64,000 bases of DNA, taken from Calditrichia bacterium (GTDB lineage: Bacteria > Calditrichota > Calditrichia > JAJRVZ01). The position numbers and the translations under genes are program-made. The notes beneath the pieces were generated by a model. The model searched no databases. It was not told where the DNA came from and worked only from the letters and a program-made list of their open reading frames with translations. Below are positions 21,633 to 32,236 of the stretch, piece by piece. The stretch is from contig CAWCNS010000007.1 in assembly GCA_963796965.1 (NCBI GenBank), positions 288,001-352,000 on the forward strand, in the 5' to 3' direction. Position 1 is the first letter of the stretch. Every line of letters begins with the position of its first letter.

Positions 21633-21748
21633 TGTCATACCACCTTTATCTGCCATTATTCCTTTCTCTAATGCGGTTAGATTAGATAACGTAAGGAAAT
21701 TTACATTTTTATATGTAAATTTGATTTATCTATTATCAATAAGAGAAT

Positions 21749-22618
21749 ATGATAAACGGGATAACAATCACCATGACAAATTCAAAGATTACCATACCAT
21801 CTCTAAAAGAAAAGAAAAAAAACAGGGAATTAATCACCATGTTAACTGCGTATGATTATCCCAGTGCCCGATTAGTTGATAAGGCTGGTATTGATATTAT
21901 CCTGGTTGGTGATAGCCTGGCAATGACAGTCATGGGATATGAAGATACTCTTAAAGTAACGATGGATGAAATGATTCACCATTGTAAAATGGTGGCACGA
22001 GGCAGAGAGAATGCCCTGTTAATTGGTGACATGCCCTTCATGTCTTATCAGGCCAGCAAATCAAGTGCGATTAGAAATGCCGGACGATTCCTCAAAGAAG
22101 GAGGTATGGATGCCGTTAAATTAGAGGGTGGCAAAGGCATCTCACCGACAATAAAAACGATTGTTAATAGTGGGATCTCTGTTATGGGACATATTGGATT
22201 AACACCGCAATTAGTGTCAAAACTGGGTGGTTATCGGATGCAAGGTAAGAAAGCAGAAGAAGCAAAACTTTTGATTGATGATGCCTGTGCTCTGGAAGAT
22301 GCCGGTTGTTTTTCAATTGTATTGGAAGCCATTCCGGACGCATTAGCAGAGATGATTACAGCAGAAATATCCATTCCCACAATTGGTATTGGTGCTGGTA
22401 AACATTGTAATGGCCAGGTACTTGTTTATCACGATCTATTGGGTTTGTATCATCAGAATACGCCAAAATTTGTAAAACAATATGCCAATTTAAATAATAT
22501 AATTTCAGATGCTGTAATGCACTATCGTCAGGATGTGATCCAGGGTAAATTTCCAGCCGATGAACAAAGTTTTAAAATGGATAAAAAAGAACTGCAACGA
22601 TTAAAGAAATTGAAATGA
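21749..22618 (+). CDS. panB: 3-methyl-2-oxobutanoate hydroxymethyltransferase
   Basis: MLTAYD, LVGDSL, VKLEGG, GHIGLTPQ; start may be 21773. Confidence 0.96.
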   Translation: MINGITITMTNSKITIPSLKEKKKNRELITMLTAYDYPSARLVDKAGIDIILVGDSLAMTVMGYEDTLKVTMDEMIHHCKMVARGRENALLIGDMPFMSYQASKSSAIRNAGRFLKEGGMDAVKLEGGKGISPTIKTIVNSGISVMGHIGLTPQLVSKLGGYRMQGKKAEEAKLLIDDACALEDAGCFSIVLEAIPDALAEMITAEISIPTIGIGAGKHCNGQVLVYHDLLGLYHQNTPKFVKQYANLNNIISDAVMHYRQDVIQGKFPADEQSFKMDKKELQRLKKLK

Positions 22619-23454
22619 GGACTACGAATGATATAAACGAAATTAGATCATTTCGTTGGAAACAACCTGGATTAACCTGGGGTTTGGTGCCTACAATGGG
22701 GGCGTTGCATGATGGCCATCTCAGCCTGATCAAGCAAGCCCGGAAAGAAAATGATAAATTAGGGGTCAGTATCTTTGTTAACCCCATTCAATTTAATAAT
22801 CCCGCTGATTTGGAAGCCTATCCGGTTTCCTATGAGCGTGACTTGGATATTCTTAGTCAAGAGAACGTCGACCTGGTATGGATTCCCGATAAAAAAGATA
22901 TTTATCCTTCAGATTTTCAATCATATATTGAAATTAAACAGCTCTCGGAAATCCTCGAAGGAAAATCGCGACCGGGGCACTTTAAGGGCGTTTCAACGGT
23001 TGTTGCTATCCTATTCAATGTTTTTCAACCTGTCCGCGCGTATTTTGGGCAAAAAGATGCGCAACAATTGCTGATTATTAAACAGATGGTAAAGGATCTC
23101 CAATTCAACATCGAGATTGTATCTTGTCCGACCATACGCGATGCGTATGGGCTTGCGATCAGCTCAAGGAATCAGAATTTAAGTATTAAGGGTAAAAAGC
23201 AGGCTGGATGTCTCTATAAAGCCCTGTCAGAGGCGGATAAGGCTATTTTAGCAGGGGAGAGGGATGCAGGAAGAGTGAAAAGTCTCATTAAAAATATAAT
23301 CTCGGAACATTCACTTGCCAAAATTGATTATATTAGTATCGCGAATCCTGAGACCTTAATTGAGATCAAGACTATTATGCAAAAGACTCTGATTTCTTTA
23401 GCTGTATACATTGAAAAGGTGCGATTAATTGACAATCTAACCGTAGAAATATAG
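22615..23454 (+). CDS. panC: Pantoate-beta-alanine ligase
   Basis: VPTMGALHDGH, FVNPIQF, RPGHF, FGQKD, RLIDN. Confidence 0.96.
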   Translation: MRTTNDINEIRSFRWKQPGLTWGLVPTMGALHDGHLSLIKQARKENDKLGVSIFVNPIQFNNPADLEAYPVSYERDLDILSQENVDLVWIPDKKDIYPSDFQSYIEIKQLSEILEGKSRPGHFKGVSTVVAILFNVFQPVRAYFGQKDAQQLLIIKQMVKDLQFNIEIVSCPTIRDAYGLAISSRNQNLSIKGKKQAGCLYKALSEADKAILAGERDAGRVKSLIKNIISEHSLAKIDYISIANPETLIEIKTIMQKTLISLAVYIEKVRLIDNLTVEI

Positions 23455-23497
23455 TTAGACTGGCTTAAAACTACATTAAAATGAGAGAGAAATAAAA

Positions 23498-23839
23498 GTG
23501 CGCTGGTTATTACGATCTAAAATTACCCATGCTATTGTAAAAGAAGCAGATATTAACTACATAGGAAGTATAACCATTGATCAAGATTTGATCGAGAAGT
23601 CAGGATTGATGGTAGGTGAGAAAGTACTCGTGGTGAGCAATACATCCGGTGCGCGACTGGAAACTTATGTTATACCGGGAGCGCGAGGTTCAGGAATCAT
23701 TGGGATGAATGGTGCAGCAGCGCATTTAATAAAAGTTGGTGAAGAAATTATCATTATGGGCTTCGAACTCTCTGAGAAACCTGTTTCACCTCAAATTGTA
23801 TTGGTTAATAAAAACAATCAATTTGAACGCTATATATAG
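23498..23839 (+). CDS. panD: Aspartate 1-decarboxylase
   Basis: YIG|SITID cleavage site, RLETY, NGAAA. Confidence 0.94.
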   Translation: MRWLLRSKITHAIVKEADINYIGSITIDQDLIEKSGLMVGEKVLVVSNTSGARLETYVIPGARGSGIIGMNGAAAHLIKVGEEIIIMGFELSEKPVSPQIVLVNKNNQFERYI

Positions 23840-24008
23840 TTCCATTCCACTGGCAACAGAAGATATAACTTTCCCGGTTGTATTGCTGATTGCTTAATGT
23901 TAAATTTATAATTTATTTCACAGAGCATAGTTGTGAAAGGATAATTTAAATATCTTCGTTGCGTTGCTGCGCCGTTGAACAATAAAACTAATTCTCACTA
24001 TTGCAGAT

Positions 24009-24746
24009 TTGAAAACAAAACTAGTGTACACTCTACTAATCCCAGCCTATAACGCCGGGCAAACGATCTCCAAGTTACTTTCACAGATAGATTCAATTGG
24101 AGAGAAACCACAAAAAATCATTGTTGTTGATGATGGTTCTCAGGATGATACCTCTACAATTTGTCAGGATCATGATGTAGAGATACTTTCTCACGAGAAG
24201 AATAAAGGAAAGGGAAGAGCACTAAAAACTGGATTTGAGGCATTGTTAGGCCAGGAAGATTCAGATTATTTGCTCTGTATGGATGCAGACCTGCAACATC
24301 CGGTGGCATCGATTCCTGATTTCCTGCAAAAAGCAGGATCCGGCAGTCGTTTTATTATTGGATCCAGGGATAGATCTCTTAAGGCAATGCCTCCGCACCG
24401 TATTCTTTCGAATACAATAACCTCGTTTATTCTTTCTATTATCACCGGGCAAAGAATCGAAGACAGTCAATGCGGTTATCGGATGGTTCATCGTGATGTA
24501 ATTAATAAATTGCAATTAAATGAAGATGGCTATCAATTGGAAAGTGAAATGCTCCTTGAAGCCGCTCGAAACGATATAAAAATAGATTTTATCCCAATAC
24601 CAACTATCTATAACGATGAAAAATCCCATATGGGTAATTTTTCCGATACAATAAAATTTATCCGACTTATATTTAAATATATTTTGGGTAGTTTATTAAA
24701 ACGATTTCTCGCAGCGCCGCAACGACGCAGAGAGAACGATCCTTAA
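24009..24746 (+). CDS. GT2 glycosyltransferase (DPM1-like)
   Basis: IPAYN, VDDGS, NKGKG, DADLQH, DSQCGYR. Confidence 0.9.
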   Translation: MKTKLVYTLLIPAYNAGQTISKLLSQIDSIGEKPQKIIVVDDGSQDDTSTICQDHDVEILSHEKNKGKGRALKTGFEALLGQEDSDYLLCMDADLQHPVASIPDFLQKAGSGSRFIIGSRDRSLKAMPPHRILSNTITSFILSIITGQRIEDSQCGYRMVHRDVINKLQLNEDGYQLESEMLLEAARNDIKIDFIPIPTIYNDEKSHMGNFSDTIKFIRLIFKYILGSLLKRFLAAPQRRRENDP

Positions 24747-24908
24747 CTTGACATTAAATCGTCATCCTGTATGGATCTTCCTACTTGTCGATAAATACCT
24801 CTCAAGGAGGAGGATTCCTATCCCGAGACGCGATCCCGTTCCGGGATAGAATGACAATTTTAATAGAAGAAATTTGTAAAACTTTGCGTCTTGGCGGCTT
24901 TGCGTGAG
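24705..24908. repeat. Nested composite repeat A(C)A
   Basis: TTTCTCGCAGCGCCGCAACGACGCAGAG; GTCATCC...GAATGAC 24761-24855; CTTTGCGTCTTGGCGGCTTTGCGTGAG. Confidence 0.8.
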
Positions 24909-24923
24909 GTTAATTTATCAATA

Positions 24924-25538
24924 ATGATATACAAAAAAAAATTACATAAAATGACCCAGCGCTTGAGGGAGCTGGGAATTAAAGATGAGGCTGTTCTCAA
25001 AGCGATAGGTACCGTTCCCAGGCACCTGTTTATTTCAAGTGCGTTTGAGTTTCAGGCCTATGATGAAAAAGCCTTACCAATAGGACATGGACAGACTATC
25101 TCACATCCCTATACGGTAGCGAGGATGACCGAATTACTTGATGTTAAAAGAGGAAATAAAGTTCTGGAAATTGGGACCGGCTCGGGTTATCAGGCTGCGA
25201 TATTATGTGCCATGGGCGTACAAGTCTTCTCAATTGAAATTGTAAAGCCATTAGCCCATCAGGCACGAAAAGTATTATTTGACCTGGATTTTAATCCGGC
25301 ATTGCGTATAGGGAACGGAAGTCATGGCTGGCGGTCCCATGCACCCTATAAAGGTATTATTGTAACGGCAGGGGCACCTGTATTGCCAGAGCAATTGATT
25401 CGACAATTGGATACCGGAGGAAGGTTATTAATTCCCTTAGGTCCACAAGACGAACAACAATTAACCATGTATAAAAAGGAAGAACAGGGTATTGAGGAAG
25501 TTCTTCTGGATACATTTAAATTTGTACCCTTGGTTTAG
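24924..25538 (+). CDS. pcm: Protein-L-isoaspartate O-methyltransferase
   Basis: VPRHLF, PIGHGQTISHPY, LEIGTGSGYQ, FVPL; start moved out of the repeat to ATG 24924. Confidence 0.94.
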   Translation: MIYKKKLHKMTQRLRELGIKDEAVLKAIGTVPRHLFISSAFEFQAYDEKALPIGHGQTISHPYTVARMTELLDVKRGNKVLEIGTGSGYQAAILCAMGVQVFSIEIVKPLAHQARKVLFDLDFNPALRIGNGSHGWRSHAPYKGIIVTAGAPVLPEQLIRQLDTGGRLLIPLGPQDEQQLTMYKKEEQGIEEVLLDTFKFVPLV

Positions 25539-25562
25539 ACATTTGCCTGATGTATTATTTTA

Positions 25563-25634
25563 TTTCACGCAAAGACACCAAATCTCAAAGTTTCTCCACG
25601 AATTGAAAGAATTTAGACGAATTTCACGAATTAC
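25563..25634 (+). repeat. Family A plus family B forward arms
   Basis: TTTCACGCAAAGACAC; TCCACGAATT...CGAATTTCACGAATT. Confidence 0.65.
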
Positions 25635-25681
25635 AATTTATATTTAAACTACTACATTAAATTTAGAATCGGATATAATTT

Positions 25682-26569
25682 ATGATAAAATTAAAGCATG
25701 AGATACGCATCTTCTTTATTGGAGCAGCTATGGGGGTAGCCAATATTATTCCCGGAGTAAGTGGTGGAACCATTGCCGTCGTTTTTGGAATTTATGAAGA
25801 ACTTATGGAGGCTTTGGGCAATTTTATAACAGACAAAGAAAAACGCTGGCAATATATAAAATTTTTAGCGGTGCTCTTTTCCGGTTCGCTTCTGGCTGTA
25901 CTTTCTCTTGCCCGTGTGCTGAGTTGGTCCTTCGAAAATTATCCCTTGCCCACGGTCTATTTCTTTTTAGGATTGATTGTCGGAAGCATTCCAATTGTCA
26001 TCAAAAGTCATTCTGATATGAAATTTGACCTACGTCGCGGTCTGTCATTTATGATTGGACTGATTGGTGTGATTGTGTTGGCGTTGCTGCAGGCAGGTTC
26101 TGGTGATGCGACTAATGTCTACGATATTTCAAACATAAATATTTTTTCGTATTTATATTTTGCTTTTGCCGGCGCCATTGCTGCTTCTGCTATGATTATT
26201 CCCGGGGTCAGCGGATCATTTATTCTCATTCTTTTGGGAGTATATTGGACGGTTTTAGGCGCTATAAGTGATGTGACAGGATCTCTTTTGTCTGACGGTC
26301 TAACACCTGAAATGACAACCCGAATATTTATTCTTGCCGCTCTTGGCATTGGTGTGGTTTTTGGTATTCTGATATTTTCAAAAATAATGAGCTGGGCGTT
26401 AAAACATCATCCAGCGCTCACGATGTATATGATTCTTGGCTTAATTATCGGGTCAATATATCAAATATTTCCCGGATTTGAAATATCTTCACATGGAATT
26501 ATTGCCATTGTAACATTCGTAATCGGCGTTATTATATCGCTCAAATTCGGGGTTGAAAAGGAAGAATGA
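25682..26569 (+). CDS. DUF368 family membrane protein
   Basis: Duplicated IPGVSG motifs (PGVSGGT, PGVSGS); multiple TM segments. Confidence 0.88.
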   Translation: MIKLKHEIRIFFIGAAMGVANIIPGVSGGTIAVVFGIYEELMEALGNFITDKEKRWQYIKFLAVLFSGSLLAVLSLARVLSWSFENYPLPTVYFFLGLIVGSIPIVIKSHSDMKFDLRRGLSFMIGLIGVIVLALLQAGSGDATNVYDISNINIFSYLYFAFAGAIAASAMIIPGVSGSFILILLGVYWTVLGAISDVTGSLLSDGLTPEMTTRIFILAALGIGVVFGILIFSKIMSWALKHHPALTMYMILGLIIGSIYQIFPGFEISSHGIIAIVTFVIGVIISLKFGVEKEE

Positions 26570-26708
26570 TCATACTTATACCTTAAGATATTTTCTCGCA
26601 GCGCTTTAGTGCCGCAGCGAGAAATAAGTCTATAATTAATACAAGATTACATACCTTGATTTATACTATCTGCATGATTAAATTGAATGTTTATGATGTG
26701 AATAATAT

Positions 26709-26785
<77 letters not shown>

Positions 26786-26805
26786 CAATATTGCAATAAT
26801 AATTA

Positions 26806-26860
26806 TTCGGGAACGTAAGGGAGTCCCGCCAGTGAGCGGGAAAATCCTCTCGCCCCGACA
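26806..26860 (+). repeat. Duplicated 3' half of tRNA-Pro(CGG) interrupted by a hairpin
   Basis: TTCGGGAACGTAAGG + GAGTCCCGCCAGTGAGCGGGA + AAATCCTCTCGCCCCGACA. Confidence 0.85.
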
Positions 26861-26910
26861 TTTTGGGACAAGTCAGATGTCATAATTTAACGAAAGTAAA
26901 GTGACGTCTT

Positions 26911-27047
26911 CAAGAAAAAAGAAAAAAGACAAAACTATAGATAAAAATACTAATTACTATTATCTCAAATGTATTTACTAATCTTTTTTCCTTTTTCTTT
27001 TATCTTTTTTCTTTTTTATCTCTGCGTCTTTGCGTCTCTGCGAGAAA
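26911..27047. repeat. Inverted 7-mer tracts plus family A reverse arm
   Basis: AAGAAAA tract near 26911, TCTTTTT tract near 26983-27017, TCTCTGCGTCTTTGCGTCTCTGCGAGAAA; forward A arm at 26592. Confidence 0.75.
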
Positions 27048-27108
27048 AAAAGTAACAATTATAACAATATTTGCTTATTTCGTAACCACCCCCAGGAGTA
27101 ACAATTTC

Positions 27109-29578
27109 ATGGCAATTCCCTTTCAAAAAATAGATGAAAAATGGAAAGAATATTGGGATAAAAATGGTACCTATCAGATCGATATGGATGATCACCGGAA
27201 AAAATGTTATTGCCTGGTTATGTTTCCTTACCCCTCTGCAGATAAATTGCATTTAGGTCACTGGTTCAATTATGCCCCCGCTGACACCTGGTCCCGCTTA
27301 AAACGTTTACAGGGATATAATGTCTTCCAGCCTATGGGTTTTGACTCTTTTGGGTTGCCTGCAGAAAACTATGCCATAAAAACCGGTGTACACCCTCAGG
27401 ACACAACAGAGGCCAATGTGAAGTTTATCCGTGGCCAGTTGAAAGATATTGGAGCCATGTATGACTGGCGTCATGAAGTGATTACAAGTTCACCAGAATA
27501 TTATAAATGGACACAGTGGCTTTTCTTGCAATTTTTTAAAAAAGGACTCGCCTATAGAGAAAACGCAGCCGTAAATTGGTGCCCGAGTTGTCAAACTGTT
27601 CTTGCTAATGAACAGGTCCATGAGGGATATTGTGAACGTTGCCAGTCGGCTGTAGATAAGAAATTTTTAACACAATGGTTTTTAAAAATTACTGCGTATG
27701 CGGATAGGTTGCTTGATGGTCTGGATAAGATAGAATGGCCTGAGAAAACAAAGTTGATGCAAAAAAACTGGATTGGTAAAAGCCATGGGGCTGATATTCA
27801 GTTTACTATAGATTCTGAGAATAAGGAAAATGTAACTGTTTTTACAACCCGCCCTGATACGTTATTTGGGGCCACCTATCTCGTTTTGGCCCCAGAACAT
27901 CCACTCGTGGATAAAATTACCACCCCAGGCCAGAAAAAAGAGGTCGAATCCTACAAGAAACAAGCCGCACGTATCAGTGAAATTGATCGTGTCTCAACAG
28001 TTCGTGAAAAAACCGGCGTTTTTACCGGATCGTATGCCATCAATCCTGTCAATAATGAGAAAATACCGGTATGGGTCGCCGACTATGTGCTTCATACCTA
28101 TGGGACTGGTGCGATAATGGCTGTTCCGGGACATGATGAGCGCGACTTTGAGTTCGCTAAAAAATTTAAAATTCCGATTATTAAGGTAATTATTGAATCC
28201 GGTACAGATCCGCAAGCACCGTTGGACAATGCTTTCGCTGGAGAAGGTACCATGATCAACTCAGGGAAATATGATGGTTTGTCCTCAGTAAATGGCATAA
28301 ATAAAATTACCACAGATCTTGAAGAGCAGGGCGTGGGAATATCTGCAATTAAGTATAAATTTCGTGACTGGCTCATTTCACGCCAGCGCTATTGGGGTGC
28401 TCCCATACCAATTATTTTTTGTGATGATTGTGGTGAGGTACCTGTGCCGGATGAAGATCTGCCTGTTTTACTTCCCTATGATGTTGAATTTAAGCCTAAG
28501 GGTGTTCCACCGTTGGCTACTTCTGACAGTTTTTTTCATACCACGTGCCCTAAATGTGGTAAAAAGGCCACCCGTGAAGTTGACACCATGGACACTTTTG
28601 TAGACTCGTCATGGTACTTTTTGCGTTATACAAGCGCTAATATGGATGATAAGGCCTGGGATTTAAAAAAGGTGCGGGACTGGTTGCCCGTCGATCAATA
28701 TATTGGTGGTGTGGACCATGCTACTATGCATTTGCTATATGCCCGATTCTTCGTTATGGCATTATACGATATGGGCCTCGTTCCTTTTGAAGAGCCTTTT
28801 CATAAGTTGGTTCACCAGGGAATTATTAAGGGCCCTGATGGTATGCGCATGTCAAAAACCCGTGGGAATGTTATAAATCCGGAGAAATACTTAAGCAAAT
28901 ACGGCAGTGATGTATTTCGAATGTTTTTAATGTTTGGATTCGATTTTCAATCTGGTGGCCCCTGGGATGATTCAGGAATTGCCGCTATCGATAAATTTTT
29001 AAATCGAATCTGGAGATTTACTGAGAACAATATTGAACCATTAAAAACCTCTCATTTACAGAATGAATCTGGGCAGAGTGAAGAGAGCCTTTTGCGTGTC
29101 ATGCATCATTCTATAAAAGGTGTTACTCATGATGCTGAACGTTTTCATTTCAATACGGCAATAAGCCGTTTGATGGAATTAGTTAACGAATTATACCGTT
29201 ATGTGGGAGACGTTTTACCCGCCAATCAAAATTCAATTCTTCTTAAAGAAGCTGTAAAAAATTTATTTATCCTATTGGCTCCTTTTGCTCCCCATATTGC
29301 TGAGGAATTATGGGAAAAAATTGGTGGAGCCCCATCGATATTTGATCAGAAATGGCCAGAATTTGACCCAAAATACCTGGAACAGGATGAAATAACCTGG
29401 GTTATACAAGTTAATGGAAAAATTCGTGAGCGTACCCAGGGAAAAATTGATTTGAATGAGAAGGAAGCAGAGGAACTCGCTTTAAATACAGGCAGAATTC
29501 CATCTCTTCTCGAAGGAAAGCAAATTCGCAAGGTCATCGTTGTTCCACGTAAACTCATAAATATTGTCAGCTTCGTGA
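27109..29578 (+). CDS. leuS: Leucine--tRNA ligase (reads through into the next gene as assembled)
   Basis: MFPYPS..HLGH, FTTRPDT, DWLISRQRYWG, RMSKT, QVNGK; natural end inferred at TGA 29576-29578. Confidence 0.95.
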
Positions 29579-31063
29579 ATTCTATTATTGAACCTATACT
29601 TACTGTTTCATTCTCTGACTGGCTGATTGCCGTTACAGGATTTATATCTATAGGAATTTTTCTCCTTATTACCGAATTTACCCGAAGAAACTTTAATCTT
29701 TCAACAAGTTTGACCCGCAAATTTATCCATATCCTCACGGGATTGATTGTTTGTTTTGTCGCTTTATTTTTAGAATCAAACAAGCCCATTCAAATCTTTG
29801 CATTCTTTTATATCTTTATTGATATCTGGTCACTTAAAACAGGTAGATTTCAAAGCATTCACCCTGACCGACGTTCTCTTGGTACAATTTTTTATGCGGT
29901 CTCAGTTTTTATTCTCGTTTCAATTTTCTGGGGCGACAATAAATCTCTATTTATCATAACAAATCTGATTATGATTATACCAGATGCAATGGCGGCAATT
30001 ATAGGTGAGAGATATGCTAAGGACTATTTTACACCCCTGGGTGAGAAAAAGTCTTTAATTGGCGCAATGACGATGCTAATTCTTACCTTCACTATTGTGT
30101 TTATTTCTTCCTACATTTTTTTTAGTATTTCAATCATTGACGGAATTGTAATTGGTATAATCATTGGTATCATAGCAACAACAGCAGAATTACTATCAAT
30201 TCGTGGATCTGACAATCTTAGTGTTCCACTTATTTCCGGATTGTTTTTGTTTTACATTTTTACTTCCAATTCATATCAGTTCATTATAATTGGTATCCTT
30301 GCTGCGGTGGCGGTTGCTTATAGCAGTTATAATATGAAATTTCTGGATATTGGTGGATCGATGCTTGCATTTTTAATGGGTAGTGTTTTGTTTGGATTGG
30401 GCGGTTGGCAATATACTCTGCCTATTATATTATTTTTTTCATCCTCTAGCGTTTTATCAAAAGTAGGGAAGTACAAGAAAAGGGTAGTGGAGGAAGTTTA
30501 TCAAAAATCCAGCCAGAGGGATTTTTATCAGGTTCTTGCAAATGGGGGAATACCTACCATAATTTTTATACTAATATTTGTCAGTGGAGAATCATATCTT
30601 TACTCATTATACCTGATTTCAATTGCTGCTGCCACCGCTGATACATGGGCAACTGAACTAGGGATATTTTCGAGCAAAGATCCATTTCTTATTACAAATT
30701 TTAAGTCAGTAAAACCAGGAACCTCCGGAGCTATCTCCATGCCAGGCAGTATGGCCTCGCTATTGGCTAGCGCAATTATTACTATTTCAGGGTGTGTCTT
30801 TATCTCTTTTTCTACAGAAATCTTTATTATAATTGTCTTCAGTGGATTCATAGGAAGTATTTTTGACAGACTTTCTGGGCGCCACTGCTCAGGGTCAATT
30901 CGAATGTCAATCCTGCAAAAAACTGTCAGAAAATTCCAGTCATTGCAATACACCGGCTAATCTGATTAAAGGCAAGCAATGGTTGGATAACGATATTGTG
31001 AATATATTCTCTATATTTATGGCAACGATCTCGGGAGCAATTATTTTGTATTTGTTTCAATAA
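29575..31063 (+). CDS. Phytol/dolichol kinase-like plus DUF92 membrane protein, apparent frameshift at ~30870
   Basis: RKFIH, DAMAAIIG, KKSLIG, DNLSVP, then QVLANGG, ADTWATELG, GTSGAIS, DND.VN. Confidence 0.82.
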
Positions 31064-31171
31064 ATTGAAGATAAAGATTTTTAACATATTATTGGTACTT
31101 ATAGAGTATTTATACATATGTTTAAAAGTTAAAATTGGTGGTAAAGGCATTTTATAAGGTGGTACAGAATC

Positions 31172-31450
31172 ATGTGGTATGCAGTCACAGCAAAACCTTT
31201 AAATCTCAAAAACAAAGAAAAGAAAAAAGAGTTCTTTAGTCGCGAGCATGAAATAATTCTTAATGCAGAAACAAAGAGAGAACTTGAACAAAAGTTAATG
31301 GACACAAAGGAAGATTATCCACAAGAATTTAAAAAGTATATGAAGGCTGGTATAAAAATGGTTGAAGCCGACAGTACAGCACAAGCAAAACATTTCGCAA
31401 AAAAGATAAATATATTCTTTGACGAAAAAGGCCAGTACAACTTACTATAA
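31172..31450 (+). CDS. Hypothetical basic protein (92 aa)
   Basis: AAGGTGG RBS-like sequence, intact ORF, no recognised family. Confidence 0.65.
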   Translation: MWYAVTAKPLNLKNKEKKKEFFSREHEIILNAETKRELEQKLMDTKEDYPQEFKKYMKAGIKMVEADSTAQAKHFAKKINIFFDEKGQYNLL

Positions 31451-31518
31451 GAAAATGCACCTCAAAACACCTATACAATCCATAGAAGACCTTTAAATAC
31501 TAACTATAATGGCAGAAT

Positions 31519-31546
31519 TAGTTATATAATATATATTATGTAAACT
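31519..31546 (+). other. dif site (XerC/XerD chromosome dimer resolution site)
   Basis: TAGTTATATAA-TATATA-TTATGTAAACT; last 19 nt match the Bacillus subtilis dif as recalled; lies at the gene-strand switch. Confidence 0.85.
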
Positions 31547-31740
31547 AATATATATGGAGCAAATTTCCTTTATGTTTAATAATAACAATGGCTTGTGTGC
31601 GAATTGAATGTGGTCTCGCCCTCCTCCACCTTGTTCCTACCTCTCTCTGGCCATGTTTTCTTTGAATATAACGTTTGTTATGTGTCTCTGATTTATTTAA
31701 ATTTTATTTATATCGCTTAAAAAATAATTATGGAGGTATT

Positions 31741-31947
31741 GTGGATAAAGATATTATGGTTGCAGAATATTTAAAAATATATTTTTCTTGTCATCCCGGG
31801 GAATTGCCCAAGGATCCTGAGCAAGCATTTGAGTTAATGAGCAGGTTGCATAAAAAATATAAAAATATATTTATAGATGATTTTAAATCAAAAAGTGGAA
31901 AGTTTGTTGATAAATTTCTTGATGATGATAAGGATACCTATTTATAG
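31741..31947 (+). CDS. Hypothetical protein (about 68 aa)
   Basis: GGAGG RBS before GTG 31741. Confidence 0.6.
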   Translation: MDKDIMVAEYLKIYFSCHPGELPKDPEQAFELMSRLHKKYKNIFIDDFKSKSGKFVDKFLDDDKDTYL

Positions 31948-32023
31948 ATTGCCCTGCTCTTCCTGAATAATGTTCTGGCATGATCTGCTTTTTTACAAAT
32001 GGATCAGGGCAATGATAACTATT

Positions 32024-32224
32024 TTAACTGTTACTATTATCGCTCTGTTTTTTTTTAAAAGGATGTCCTTTAATTTTTTGATATAATTCTTCTCTATATA
32101 CTTCAATAGATCGTGGGGCATCAATCCCAATTTTTACTTGGTTTCCTTCAATATCAACCACAAGTAATTTAATGTTATCGCCAATGGTAATAGATTCTCC
32201 CAACTTCCTTGTTAGCACCAACAT
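32024..32224 (-). CDS. csrA: Carbon storage regulator CsrA
   Basis: [26 protein letters not shown]. Confidence 0.95.
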   Translation of the reverse strand: MLVLTRKLGESITIGDNIKLLVVDIEGNQVKIGIDAPRSIEVYREELYQKIKGHPFKKKQSDNSNS

Positions 32225-32236
32225 GGCTATACCTCC

